64,000 nucleotides of DNA from NCBI RefSeq assembly GCF_006345805.1, contig NC_042997.1, forward strand, positions 81,220,001 through 81,284,000, given 5' to 3'. Positions within the stretch are counted from its first letter, which is position 1. The number at the start of each line of letters is the position of its first letter. Of the stretch, positions 1 through 11,499 are shown piece after piece. Made by a program: the position numbers and the translations under genes. Below the pieces are notes generated by a model, which did no database searches, was not told the DNA's origin, and saw nothing but the letters and a program-made list of their open reading frames with translations. This DNA comes from Octopus sinensis (Eukaryota).

Positions 1-529
1 AAGTATTTTTGTGAGTTCTATCTTTAAAAATAATTGCCTTTGAAATGATGAATTTTCTTTTAATTCAATCTCAAATGATTGAATTATAAAAGGCATCATT
101 GTTATTTCTTCATTGCTGCTGTTATTGCCACAAATAGTAGTGGTGGTGGTAATTGTGTTACTGATGTGGTGATGGCAGGGTGATGACGGTTGGTGATACA
201 AACAAGTATGAGTATGATGGTGATTACTGATTATATAGATTATGTTTTAACAGAGTATTTCTATATATAAATTCAATCAAGTGTGTTTTGTCCTGTTTCA
301 TTCAATAAGCCCTATTTCCCAATATGTCAGACAATCAAGCCAAGCCACCTTCAGGTTCCTACTTTCCAGTCTTAATTTACTTCTGCAAGACATATAAACT
401 TTATGATGACATCTTTGATTTTTAAATCTATTTCCAAGTCTCAGACATATAAATAATGGTTAACTGGTTTGCTATGCAGTAAATTCCACTCAATCCTTCG
501 AAATTATTTCAATCACAAATGCCATTCTC

Positions 530-853
530 ACGCACATACACATACACATCACATACATACATACATACATACATACATACATACATACATACATACATAC
601 ATACATACATACGCACATACATATGTACATATGTATGTATGTACATATGTACACACACACATACATACATACATAAGTGTAAAATTAATAACATAGATTT
701 GGAAAATCTTTTCTTCTTTTTGTTTTTTATATTTACTTTTTGGTATATGCGTGAGAGTGTGAGTATATATTAATATGAACAATTACATACATTCATACAT
801 ACATGTATATATATGAACACACACACACACATATATATGAATGTATATGCATA

Positions 854-903
<50 letters not shown>

Positions 904-960
904 TATATATATATATGTATGTATGTATGTATATATATACACACACACACACACACTCAT
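530..960. repeat. microsatellite clusters: (ACAT)n/(AT)n here; also (CT)n 5310-5390, (ATGT)n(AT)n 10080-10256, TG-rich 14410-14735, (TAA)n 17733-17782, (GATA)n 18800-18885, (AT)n at 19680-20460, 25660-25810, 27590-27950, 60170-60213
   Basis: Directly visible simple repeats. They account for most of the low-complexity ORFs in the track. Confidence 0.97.
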
Positions 961-964
961 ATGC

Positions 965-1125
965 GCATGCAACAGGCCTCTTTCAGTTTCCATCTACCAA
1001 ATCCACTCACAAGGCTTTGGTCAGCCCAGAGCTATAGTAGTAAATACTTGTCCAAGGTGCAGCTTAGTGAGACTGAATCCAAGACCATATAGTTGGAAAG
1101 CAAGCTTCTTAACCACATAGCTATG
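965..1125 (-). mobile_element. older SINE copies of the same family (also about 1665-1910 -, 22625-22700 -, 30170-30250 +, 30440-30520 +, 30610-30860 -, 33000-33090 +)
   Basis: Shared motif tttcagtttccatctaccaaatccactcacaaggctttgg, the reverse complement of the SINE body. Confidence 0.8.
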
Positions 1126-3029
1126 GTTGTACCTATTATCATCATCATCATCATCATCATCATCATTTAACATCTGTTTTCCATGCTGGCATGGGTTGGA
1201 TAGTTTGACAGGAACTGGGAAGCTGAAGGGCTGCACCAGGCTCCAGTTTTCTGTTTTGGCATGGTTGGGTGCTTTCTATGTGGCACCAGTATGAGTGTTA
1301 TTTACATGATACCAGCACAGGTGATTTTTATGTGGCACCAACCTGGGTGCCTTTTATGTGGTGCCAACAAAGGTGCTTTTTACATGATGCCAGCACCCTT
1401 AGAATCACCAAGCAGCTTGCAAGACAAGGACACCTTGGCTAAGGGAGTGAGAGGAAATGAAAGAAGTGATCATGTGCCAGGAGAGAGGTTGGTGTATGAT
1501 AGAGGGACAGAGATAGCTGTCTTACTACAGAGGAGACATTTGAATACTCCACCTCCACCCAGTAGGACAAGGAAGGAAGGGAGGAGGAAGCTGGAGAGAA
1601 GGCTTACCCATAGGAAAGAGTGGTGGGGGAGTATAAGTGTGAGTCTCTTGTGCTAAAGTGCTAAGCTATGGGGGACATAAACATACCAACATTGGTTGTC
1701 AAGTAATGGTGGGGGTACAAACACACATACATATATACACAATGGGCTTCTTTCAGTTTCCGTCTACCAATTCCACTCACAAGGCTTTGGTTGACACAAG
1801 GCTCTAGTAGAAGACATTTGCCCAACTTGCCACATGGTGGGACTGAACCTGGAATCATATGGCTGGTAAGGAAGCTACCTATCTTACAGGCTCTCCTGCA
1901 CCTCACAGCCACTCATATATATATATATATCAAGTCACACAAGGTTGTGTTGAATAAAGTAGTGTTCTTAATAAAAGAACACAAGCATGAATGCATCCTG
2001 TGATCCAGTAACGTTATTCACAGCACAATTTGTCATCACACTTGTAATGGAAGGGAATTTTTTTTCTTTTAGGATTATTTCCACAGCAGAAGGTTTTCTC
2101 ATGTCCAAGTGTGCTTGAGCATGTTAGATATGACATTATGCAAACATACATATATATATGGCCGTGGGTCATGATTTGATTTCAAACAAATACTGATTTT
2201 TATGCAAGATGTTGTGCCATCACACACAGTAGCTACTGTATGCAATTGATTAAATGAAAAGTTCCTAGAAAGATGTATGGATTATAATAGATCTGCAGCT
2301 ATACTGATCTAAATTATGTTTAACAACATTTTTACCCAGTTCATTTCAGCAACTTGTTGCACAATTTCATTTTGGCACATTCTTCACTAGGAACACAACT
2401 CTATATCTAAGTCTGATGTTATTTGAGCAGACATAATTCATATATTACCATTTTATCTCATTGACATTCAGAACTATGTTGGACAGTATAACAGTAACTC
2501 ACTCTCTCATTCACCACACTTTTACAACTTCTGCATGATTGCTTGTTACACTTTTTTTTTCTTACGTATTCCTTCTTCTTATTTCATGTAATATTTTCTC
2601 ATGCATGTATTTTTGCCCATAATGAACTCTGTCTTGTTTTGATACTACAAACTGAACATTATGTTTACTCACCTTACTTACATTCAGACATATTAAAGTA
2701 TTTACTCACTTTTACTGCTTTCTCTATGCATGTACATATCTGCTGTTCACTATCAAACATTTTACTGATTACATTTCTATGTTCTACTGCACGTTTCATT
2801 TTGGCATTAACATGTAGGCATATCTTTACTGATCAAGTTTAATTGCTCGTCAGCAATTGAAAATCAACAGATTGCTATCTAGTAAGTATATAGAAATCCT
2901 GTTTCACGTGAAATTTTAAATTACAATGAAATAAAATCTAACTGAACTATTTCTACTGTGGAGTCAGTTTATTCATGATTCTACAAACTCAATTAATTGA
3001 ATTAAAAATTGTTATTGTTAAATTGTATG

Positions 3030-3900
3030 TTCTGAATACAGTGTAGAGAGAGAGATGGCTTTAAGCCAGGTGTTGAGAGGTTAAAGTATGCTAGAGGAAC
3101 TGGCACGTGTCTTGCTACAGTGGAAATACATGGTTATGTTGCATTATTTAGGAGCAGGAGGGAGTAGGTAGAAAGAAGGAACAAATGTGGGAGACAAGAC
3201 ATCAGTACATACTCTCAAGGTTCAAGAAGATGGATATAAGAGGCAATAGAAACTGAGGAAGGAGAGGGGTGAGTAGATAAGTTCATAGGTGTGAGGGAGG
3301 AGTGTAGAGGTTAATGTAGTGATTGATGTACAATGATTGAGATGTGATCTAAATATCAGTATGGCAGGGAGAAGGTAAAAGAAATAGGTAAGGAAAGAGT
3401 AGATAAGAGGAAATAGAGGAAGGGTGAAGAGGAGCAGTATAATAAATCTGTAGATAGAATAGAAAATAGAGAAATGATGGGTAAGCTGGGGAAGTGGGGA
3501 AAAAGAAAGAGAGGTGCACAGGGATAGAGATGGCAGTTAGAGTGAGTTGTGGTGGCTTTAGAGAGTGAGAGACCAAGAGAAGTGTAAGTGTTGATGACAG
3601 ATATGAGAAGATGTTACAAAAATAGGTATAGCAGTCCTAAAAGGTAGCTCAAAGGTGAGGAAGAGATACCTGAAGAAGGGGTCAAGGGTGAACTATAGAA
3701 AATAAAATGGAAGGGATGATATTGAAAATGTGGGATGGATCTTGGAGGAAGGAAGTATTTTTAGGGAAAGAAGGAGGAAACTAGTAGCACAAAGGGGAAA
3801 AAATATGTGCAGATTCTGCTGTCATATGATTACAACAGCTGAATAGTGTTATTGTTAGAAGAGTGATGGAGAGAGGGCTGTTTGAAAGAAGGGACAGGTT
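3030..3900 (-). mobile_element. heavily degraded Penelope-like copy
   Basis: Purine-rich + strand with patchy similarity to 21780-22260 (e.g. FHCSKTR versus FPCSRPR; gtcctaaaaggtagctc versus ggaccaaaaggtctcg). Confidence 0.4.
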
Positions 3901-3989
3901 AGGTGCAGAGGCAAGGCTCACAGATGCAAACTTAATACTTTTAGGACCTTATTTTAAACATGATGGATAGGACTTATCAAGCATAAAGT

Positions 3990-4400
3990 GCCAATCATCT
4001 CCACTGTAAGGCTCAACATCTTGAGATCAGTCTTCACTACTTCATCCATATCTTCCTGGGTCTCTCTCTTCCACAATTATCATACATTTTAAGCAATCAG
4101 CACTTAATCAGCACTTCTTTATACACCTGTCAACATCTAGACACTTCACATGATCACACTAACACAGCTTTCTCTCTTGTGTACTATATCTGATTCTTTT
4201 CATGCCCAGTTTTTCTTTCAGCACATTTGCACATTGTCATACATGCACACTGATGTTATACATCCATCAGAATACACTAGCTTCATTCTTTTCTAGTGTT
4301 TGCATATCCTCTGCATTCAGGACCCATGACACACTATTATGAACCCTTGCTATTTGTACACAAGTATTGTACAATCTACCTTTCAGAGGTGTATGGAGAA
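3990..4400 (-). mobile_element. degraded RTE LINE 3' fragment
   Basis: Reverse complement of ...cttcatccatatcttcctgggtctctctcttcc resembles the GRGRP.K.WDEVV terminus seen at 14110-14170 and 35150-35200. Confidence 0.55.
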
Positions 4401-5308
4401 GAACTCAGAATCTGTTGAGATCTTTGACAAAAATTTTTATTCTTCCTGAAAACAATTTTTATTCTTCTATGAACAACAAAACATCAAGAAAGTTTGAATG
4501 CTATTGTTCTTGGATAATTGTTGTAGCTGTCAAAAAGTTAGCTGCTGGTCATTGTGTTACTATCACCAATCCTTCATTGTGATTGTTGTCAGCTTAGGTC
4601 GGCTGCTGTTCATAATCTCTGTTGGCTGTCTCCTATGGTGTCTGCCAATGTTCTTTCCAAGCTCTCCCTCAAGTAGTCAAGGTGTGCTGAATTTATCCTG
4701 ATGGTCAGGCTCAGTAAGATGAAATCATTGCCGGAGCATGAAGTTATGATTGGCTTTTTATCATATGGGTCCAGCAAATCATGACATTGGGTGTAGTGAT
4801 CTGACTGCTGAATATTTCTACTACAGAGATAATAATTATGTGAATTTTCTCTATCCTGTTCATATTCTACCAACTGTACTTTCTAACATCCCCCTCCACT
4901 GCTAATTTGGTCAACTAGACAACAGAAGTTATCTGCTACATCTAGAAAAACTCTTGGGAACTTAAGAGAATTTATTCCTAGTGTGTACTTAGTGTTTATT
5001 GTTCTTGCACATTTGCCATGTGCAAAGGCTAATTTTTCTGCACCTCATGTGTATTCATAGCTTTTACTGAGTATACCATAAGGGATTTCTACCTACATAA
5101 TGAGCTGGGCTATTTTACACATACACACACATATTTTTGTTGTTTTTGTAAAATCTCAGAAAATAATTAAAAATTCACATTTTTTATCAAATTATTTTGT
5201 TATATCTATCCAACTGTAAACATTTTAAATATTTCACTAACTTTTGTTATCTCTTATGATAATAGCTTGATAAAAGGGTACATATTTTGCCAAAAACACA
5301 CACAAACA

Positions 5309-5369
<61 letters not shown>

Positions 5370-5776
5370 CTCTCTATCTCTTTCTCTCTGACACATACAC
5401 ACACATATATATTAAATAAAGTATAGAAAACATATATGGTATTTTATACATTATAAAACACATGTTTTGGAAAATTACTGCCAGAGTTACACAATTTCTT
5501 GTTGAAACAATATTAAATTTTGTTGCCTATTCAATGTTTAACAAAAATTACAATGAGTGGTGTTAAATGTTCAATATGGAGAGATGCCAAATGACTACTG
5601 AAAACTGGGCTGCTATTGGTCAAGGTATGTCACATGTTACTATTAGAAATGGAATTGAGATTTCAGTGACATCAAATCCATCAAGAATTTCTTGGATCAC
5701 ACAGCTGGACAAGAAGTTGCTGTCTGGATAGTCTTCAAAATTACTTGAGCAACATTGAATTGATGGCCAACACTAG

Positions 5777-6560
5777 ATTGTGTGTGTGTGTGTGTGTGTG
5801 CATGTGTGTGTGTGTGTGCATGTGTGTTTGTGTGTGTGTGTGTGTGTGTACATGTATATGTATACTAACTGCATGAGTGTATGGATGTGTGTAGCTGATG
5901 TGCATATGTGTATATCTGCCATGAGTATGATGGGAGGAGCATAGGTGATTGTGTGTGTGTGTATGTGTATGGGTAGGTGGGTGGTTGCATGAACATGCAA
6001 GCTGGCATATGGGTTAAGGCTGGCGGCATTAGCTTGCTGGTGCACATATACGTTTGCTAGGGTGTATGTAGATATAGGTGCGTGTGTGTGTATCAGCCAT
6101 GTGAGTGCTTGTATGCTCAAATAGCGGGTATGTGTGTCAACTGTGTATATCAGATGCATGTTTATCAATTGTGTGTGTGTGTGTGTGCATGTGTGTGTGT
6201 GTGTGCATGTGTGTTTGTGTGTGTGTGTGTGTGTGTACATGTATATGTATACTAACTGCATGAGTGTATGGATGTGTGTAGCTGATGTGCATATGTGTAT
6301 ATCTGCCATGAGTATGATGGGAGGAGCATAGGTGATTGTGTGTGTGTGTGTGTATGTGTATGGGTAGGTGGGTGGTTGCATGAACATGCAAGCTGGCATA
6401 TGGGTTAAGGCTGGCGGCATTAGCTTGCTGGTGCACATATACGTTTGCTAGGGTGTATGTAGATATAGGTGCGTGTGTGTGTATCAGCCATGTGAGTGCT
6501 TGTATGCTCAAATAGCGGGTATGTGTGTCAACTGTGTATATCAGATGCATGTTTATCAAT
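5777..6560. repeat. tandem duplication, 2 x 391 bp, TG-rich
   Basis: Unit starts at 5777, 6168 and 6559. The copies appear to differ only in (TG)n lengths. The translated repeat is visible in ORF 5773-6438. Confidence 0.9.
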
Positions 6561-7018
6561 TGTGTGTGTGTGTGTGTGCATGTAAATATGTATACATTTG
6601 TATCTGCCATATGTGCATGTGTGTACATGCATATTTGGGGTGCATTTATGGATGTGTGTATGTGCGTATGGATGTTTGGTGAACACGAGTATGTACATTT
6701 CTGAATTTATATGTCTATGTATTAATGTGTTCATGTTTATCTGGATGAGTGTGTGTACATCCATACAACATCTTGTATGTGTATATGTGTCTACGCAGAT
6801 ATTTGTGTGCATATGAGCACAACTAGTGAATGCTAATACAGAGACAACAGAGTCATTTGTGACGTGGAGCAGGGTTAACAAGACTCGGAGTTGGATTAAG
6901 GTTCGGCAGTATTAGGGAGAGAAAGAAAGAGAAGAGCATACATATATAGAGGTGTGTGTGTGTGTGTCTGTCTGTCTGTGTGTGTGTAAGTGTGCATGCA
7001 TGCACACACATCTATGTA

Positions 7019-7230
7019 TGTGGGGGTGCTAAAAAGTTCCTGGCTTTAAGGGTATTGTGAAAGGCCTGGTTGGAGGTCCAACCTTCTGAGTTCTTTTACA
7101 GGGCTTAGTAAACTGAAGGACCACTGCAATAAGTGTGTGAATCTGAGAGGAGAACATGTTGAATAAAATCATAACTGATTCTCCTGTATTCTCTTTTACC
7201 CAAAGCCAGGATCTTTTCAGCTCTCCCTCA
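7019..7230 (+). mobile_element. mariner-derived MITE (about 29-bp imperfect TIRs, TA flanks)
   Basis: ta|tgtgggggtgctaaaaagttcctggcttt ... aaagccaggatcttttcagctctccctca|ta. The interior encodes the mariner C-terminus HCNKCVNLRGEHVE*. Confidence 0.8.
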
Positions 7231-7374
7231 TATATGAAGATGATTGTAGGAGGTTAGAGAACATGCAAAGGCTGGAAATCAGCCTGTGGTCTGCAGAGGC
7301 ATTGGTGTTTAGGTACCCTACCCTTGGTTATGGGACAGTCAGCATTAAGGTGCAGCCAATATTAAGGTGGTATT

Positions 7375-7590
7375 TAAGGCAGTGAACTGGTAGAAGCATT
7401 AGCATGCCAGACAAAATACTTAGTAGCATTTCATCTGTCTTTACATTCTGAATTCAAATTCTACCGAGGTCAACTTTGCCTTTAGTCCTTTCACAGTCTA
7501 TAAACACTGGGGTCAATGTAAGCAACTTAGCCCCATCCTTTGAAATTGCTGGCTTTGTGCCAAAACTTGAAACCAATATCAAAGTGGTGT
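7375..7590 (+). mobile_element. second SINE family (aaggcggcgagctggcagaa...ttctgagttcaaattc...); also 9415-9625 -, 23765-23990 +, 35820-36030 -, 45700-46010 +, 53864-53985 +
   Basis: Recurrent ttctgagttcaaattc..gactttgcctttcatcc core and ...gcctatagtagaaaggattatt tail. Confidence 0.8.
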
Positions 7591-8149
7591 ATCTGGGTTG
7601 TTGTCAGCCATATATATGTGTATATGTATGTGGAGGTATGTATGTGTATGTGACTCTCTGGCTTGACACCATATGATAGTATAACCTTACCTGGAACTAG
7701 GATGTTTGGCAACAGGAAGGGCATCATGTCATAGCAAAACTGCCTCAGAAAATTCCATCTGACCCATGCAAGCATCGAAAAATGAACATTTTTACACACA
7801 TACACACACATATTAATAGACATGCATATATACACATAAGTATGTATACACACTTGCACACATGTCAAATTATTAGGCAGCTCAGTATTTTCGCACTAAC
7901 AGTATTTATTCATTCAAATCCAGATATTTTCCCACTGCATGATGATAACACCCATCTGGATGTACTGAACCAAAATAAATCTGATCCACTCATATATAAA
8001 GAAACAACGGCCATTTTTGTTAATAGGCATCATTTTTACTGTCCTAAATTATTAGTTAGGTCTAATAAAAATGATAATTATGCAAAAACAAATGTTTATT
8101 TAATGCAACAATTAATTTTCAACAACAAATACGATAATAACGGACTTTA

Positions 8150-9350
8150 TAATGGACATAATAATATGCTTGAATGGAAATAATACAAGAAATATGATAT
8201 CATAAAGTTCTTAATGATGGATGCATGATCTCCACATGAGAGAACATCCCTGACACATTTATCCACTGAAGTTGTCAAGGTAACTATTTCATCTGGTGTA
8301 ATACTGTCAGCAACAGCCACAATAGCTTCCCAGAGCACATCTTTCATTGAAAACTACCATCCATCTTGATATATCTTCCTCTTCAGAACACTTCATAGAT
8401 ATTCAATCGGGTTTATGCCGGGTGAACACACTGGTAGCTTCATCAAATGGTGTCCTGAGAAGCCTAATTGCTGTAGGTGTTCCAGAAATTTCTTAGCTAC
8501 ATGGGAGCATACATTATCTTACATGAATACTAGCGTTCTCTTTAATGAAACTTTCTGCTTCTACAACCAACTTATCTCCAATGATGCCAGCCCAAATCAT
8601 GATTCTGTCTCCCCTTTGTTGGCGTCTCAAACAATGAGGATGATTTCGCTAATTGCAACCCATCCTTCACTCCACCCATCTGGTCCATCTAGGGTAGCAC
8701 AGCATTCATAAGGAAAGAGGACTTTTGAAAAATCTATCTTCATGTAGTCTTCTGCCCATTTGATTCTATTTTGTTTATGAACAGACTTCAGAGGAATCCT
8801 TGTAACAGGTTTTACGTTCTTGGCTACCTGCTTCAGAAGAAGACACCTGGTAGATTTTGAAATGTCTTCCATACCACAAAGTTTAAACACTCTCTCAGCT
8901 AGTCAGACACGTATTCTTTGCAACTTTCCTTGTTATATGTGACAGGATACTCCTGGAAACAACCCTCAATTTACCCTTGTCAGCTTTTGAATGGACTGCA
9001 GAAGACTCCACAAATTTCTTCACAGTTCGATGATCTCTTCCCAGGATCTTTGATATTTCCAATGTCATTTTTGCTTTTCCAAGCCCTGAGACGATGGTGG
9101 TCTTCTCATTTCATGTTTTTGACCCATAATAGCACTTTTATTAGGTACTTGCCTAATCATTTAGGACGGTAAAATTGTTGCTGTTTCACGAAAATAGCCG
9201 CCATTTGTTTACATGGATCCAACTTATTTTGCTACAGTATGCGTAGGCAGATGTTGCCATCATTCAGTGAAAAAATATGTGGATTCAAACAAATAAATAC
9301 TCTGTTATTTCAAAAAACAGAGCCGCCTGATAGTTTGACATGCAGTGTAT
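8150..9350 (-). mobile_element. Tc1-family transposase relic
   Basis: RIKWAEDYMKIDFSKVLFPYECCATLDGPDGW, GDRIMIWAGIIG, CSPGINPIE, LWEAIVAVADSITPDEI. TIRs not established. Confidence 0.85.
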
Positions 9351-10078
9351 ATCTATATAAGTGTATATAAATTATATTCTTATATACATTTATGTATATG
9401 CACCCATATATAACATTGGTTTCAAATTTTGGCACAAGGCCAGCAATTTCATGGGAGGAGCAACCCCAGTGTTCAGAAAATTTGGTACTTATTTTATTGA
9501 CTGTAAAAGGCTACAAGACAAAGTTGAGCCCACCAGAATTTGAACTCAAAATGTAAAGACAGACAAAATGCCACTTAGCATTTTGCCCAGTGTGCTGGCA
9601 ATTCTGCCAGCTTGCCACCTTACACCTACATAGAATATTGCACATATCAACATACACATATATGCAAATATCTACACATTCATATAGCTCATCTCTACAT
9701 TAATGCTAATATATACGAGTAAAAGTTACATTCATATACTTCCACATAATTATGTACATATAATTTATGCACATAAGCTTATTCATTTACACAAATGAAC
9801 TACCCTCATACTTGCACCTATAGATATTACAGTCACATTTTCTAAATGACCATCAATTTCTAGACGTACATGACTCAGTTCTAGGCTTCATTCTTCCATT
9901 TCGTTAGAGTTACTACTACTGCTACTACTACTACTCACACACACAATATTTATACATATATACACACATATTTATACATACATATATTCACACATATAAA
10001 TATATATGTAAATATGTGGGTATAAATAAAGTTATGTCTATCAGTTGGCCTATCTAACTACCTATCTTACATACATAC

Positions 10079-10111
<33 letters not shown>

Positions 10112-10129
10112 TGTATGTATGTATGTATG

Positions 10130-10163
<34 letters not shown>

Positions 10164-10169
10164 TGTATG

Positions 10170-10255
<86 letters not shown>

Positions 10256-10258
<3 letters not shown>

Positions 10259-10802
10259 GATGCTAAGCTAAGATTTTCTCATTTTTTTTATCTTTCGTAC
10301 ATTCATTCGCTATTAACATTTTAAATGTATTACTTACAAACAGCTAGTTTCCATGAGCTAACCATTGAAAATGCCCCCTCAAAAATATAATTTTACCTCT
10401 CATGTAATTTCGTTAAGATAATAACTCGTTTCTCAGTCTGTTTAATTTCATTATTGTTACCATTATTTTCGTTCCTACTTACTATGTCCCCAAACTAAAC
10501 TCACTTCCGGTTGCAGTTTATCTATTTAAAAACTCTCATCTCATGTATTTCCCTTCCATTCCAGTTCTTCGCCAAATGATGCTGTGATGTTAAGCTAAGA
10601 TTTTCTGGGTTTTTTTTGTATTAAATGTATTACTTACTAACAGCTAGTTTTCATGAGCTAACCATTGAAATGTCCCCTCAACAAAAATTTAATTTTACCT
10701 CTCATGTAATTTTGTTAAGATAATTACTTGTTTCTTGGTCTGTTTAATATCATTATTGTTACCATTATTTTAGTCCCTCTTACTATGTCTCCAAACTAAA
10801 CT
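10256..10802. repeat. diverged direct repeat (about 10256-10502 vs 10584-10802)
   Basis: tgtgatg(c/t)taagctaagattttct...ctactatgtc(c/t)ccaaactaaact occurs twice. Confidence 0.85.
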
Positions 10803-11499
10803 TTGCTTGATCACGGTGCGCCTGCCCTTTCCTGCCCCACCACCAATACCGGATATCTCTATCTTCCCACCATCTACATCGGATATCTCTCCTCCCACCA
10901 CCATTACCTGTTGTCTATTCTCCCAACCCCTCCTCCTCACTGGGCTGTTCTCTATATATTACCTGCACTCTTTCTCTCTCCTGGGACAAATGCAACTAGC
11001 CTAGCTGCTCATCCATCCACCTACTTAACCGGCTATCTTTCATTTCGTTCTGTCTAGAAATTTGTCACCACCATTACCAGATATCTCTTTCTCAATTCCC
11101 CCTTCTCACTGGTGCTATTCCCTATATTACCTGCACTCTCTCTTTCTCTATCTCTCTCCCTCTCTTTCTCTATCTCTCTACTGGGACAAACGCAGCCAGG
11201 TTATCTGCCCACCTACCTAACTGAGTATCTTTCATTTCATTTTCATTCTATCTAGAAACATGCCAACAAGTATCCAAAAATTTTCGTTGGCCTTATCAAG
11301 TGAAGGAGAAAGCTATTCAGCTGTCCATGTGTACTTGTTCCTGTGTGTGGGTGAGCTTGTATGTATGTAGGGATGAGCTTGTTTCCTCTCTCTGTCTGAA
11401 CCCTCTCCTGTAGGTGGTACCCTCCATCATACCTGCAATCTCCCTCTTCCTTGACAAACGCAATCAGTTTTAGCTGACTTCTTCCTAATCTAACATTGA

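Noticed and set aside
469-1120. Numerous ORFs rich in [12 protein letters not shown] (also at 10045-10324, 14409-14807, 16997-17315, 18532-20313, 25597-26085)
   Set aside because: These are translations of (ACAT)n, (AT)n, (GT)n and (GATA)n microsatellites, with no coding signal.
2050-2130. Strong plus-strand acceptor ttttttctctttag|GATT
   Set aside because: No convincing donor or recognisable peptide, and no partner exons found.
5560-5630. Plus-strand donor CAAG|gtatgt
   Set aside because: No clear acceptor or homology. Isolated sites are expected by chance.
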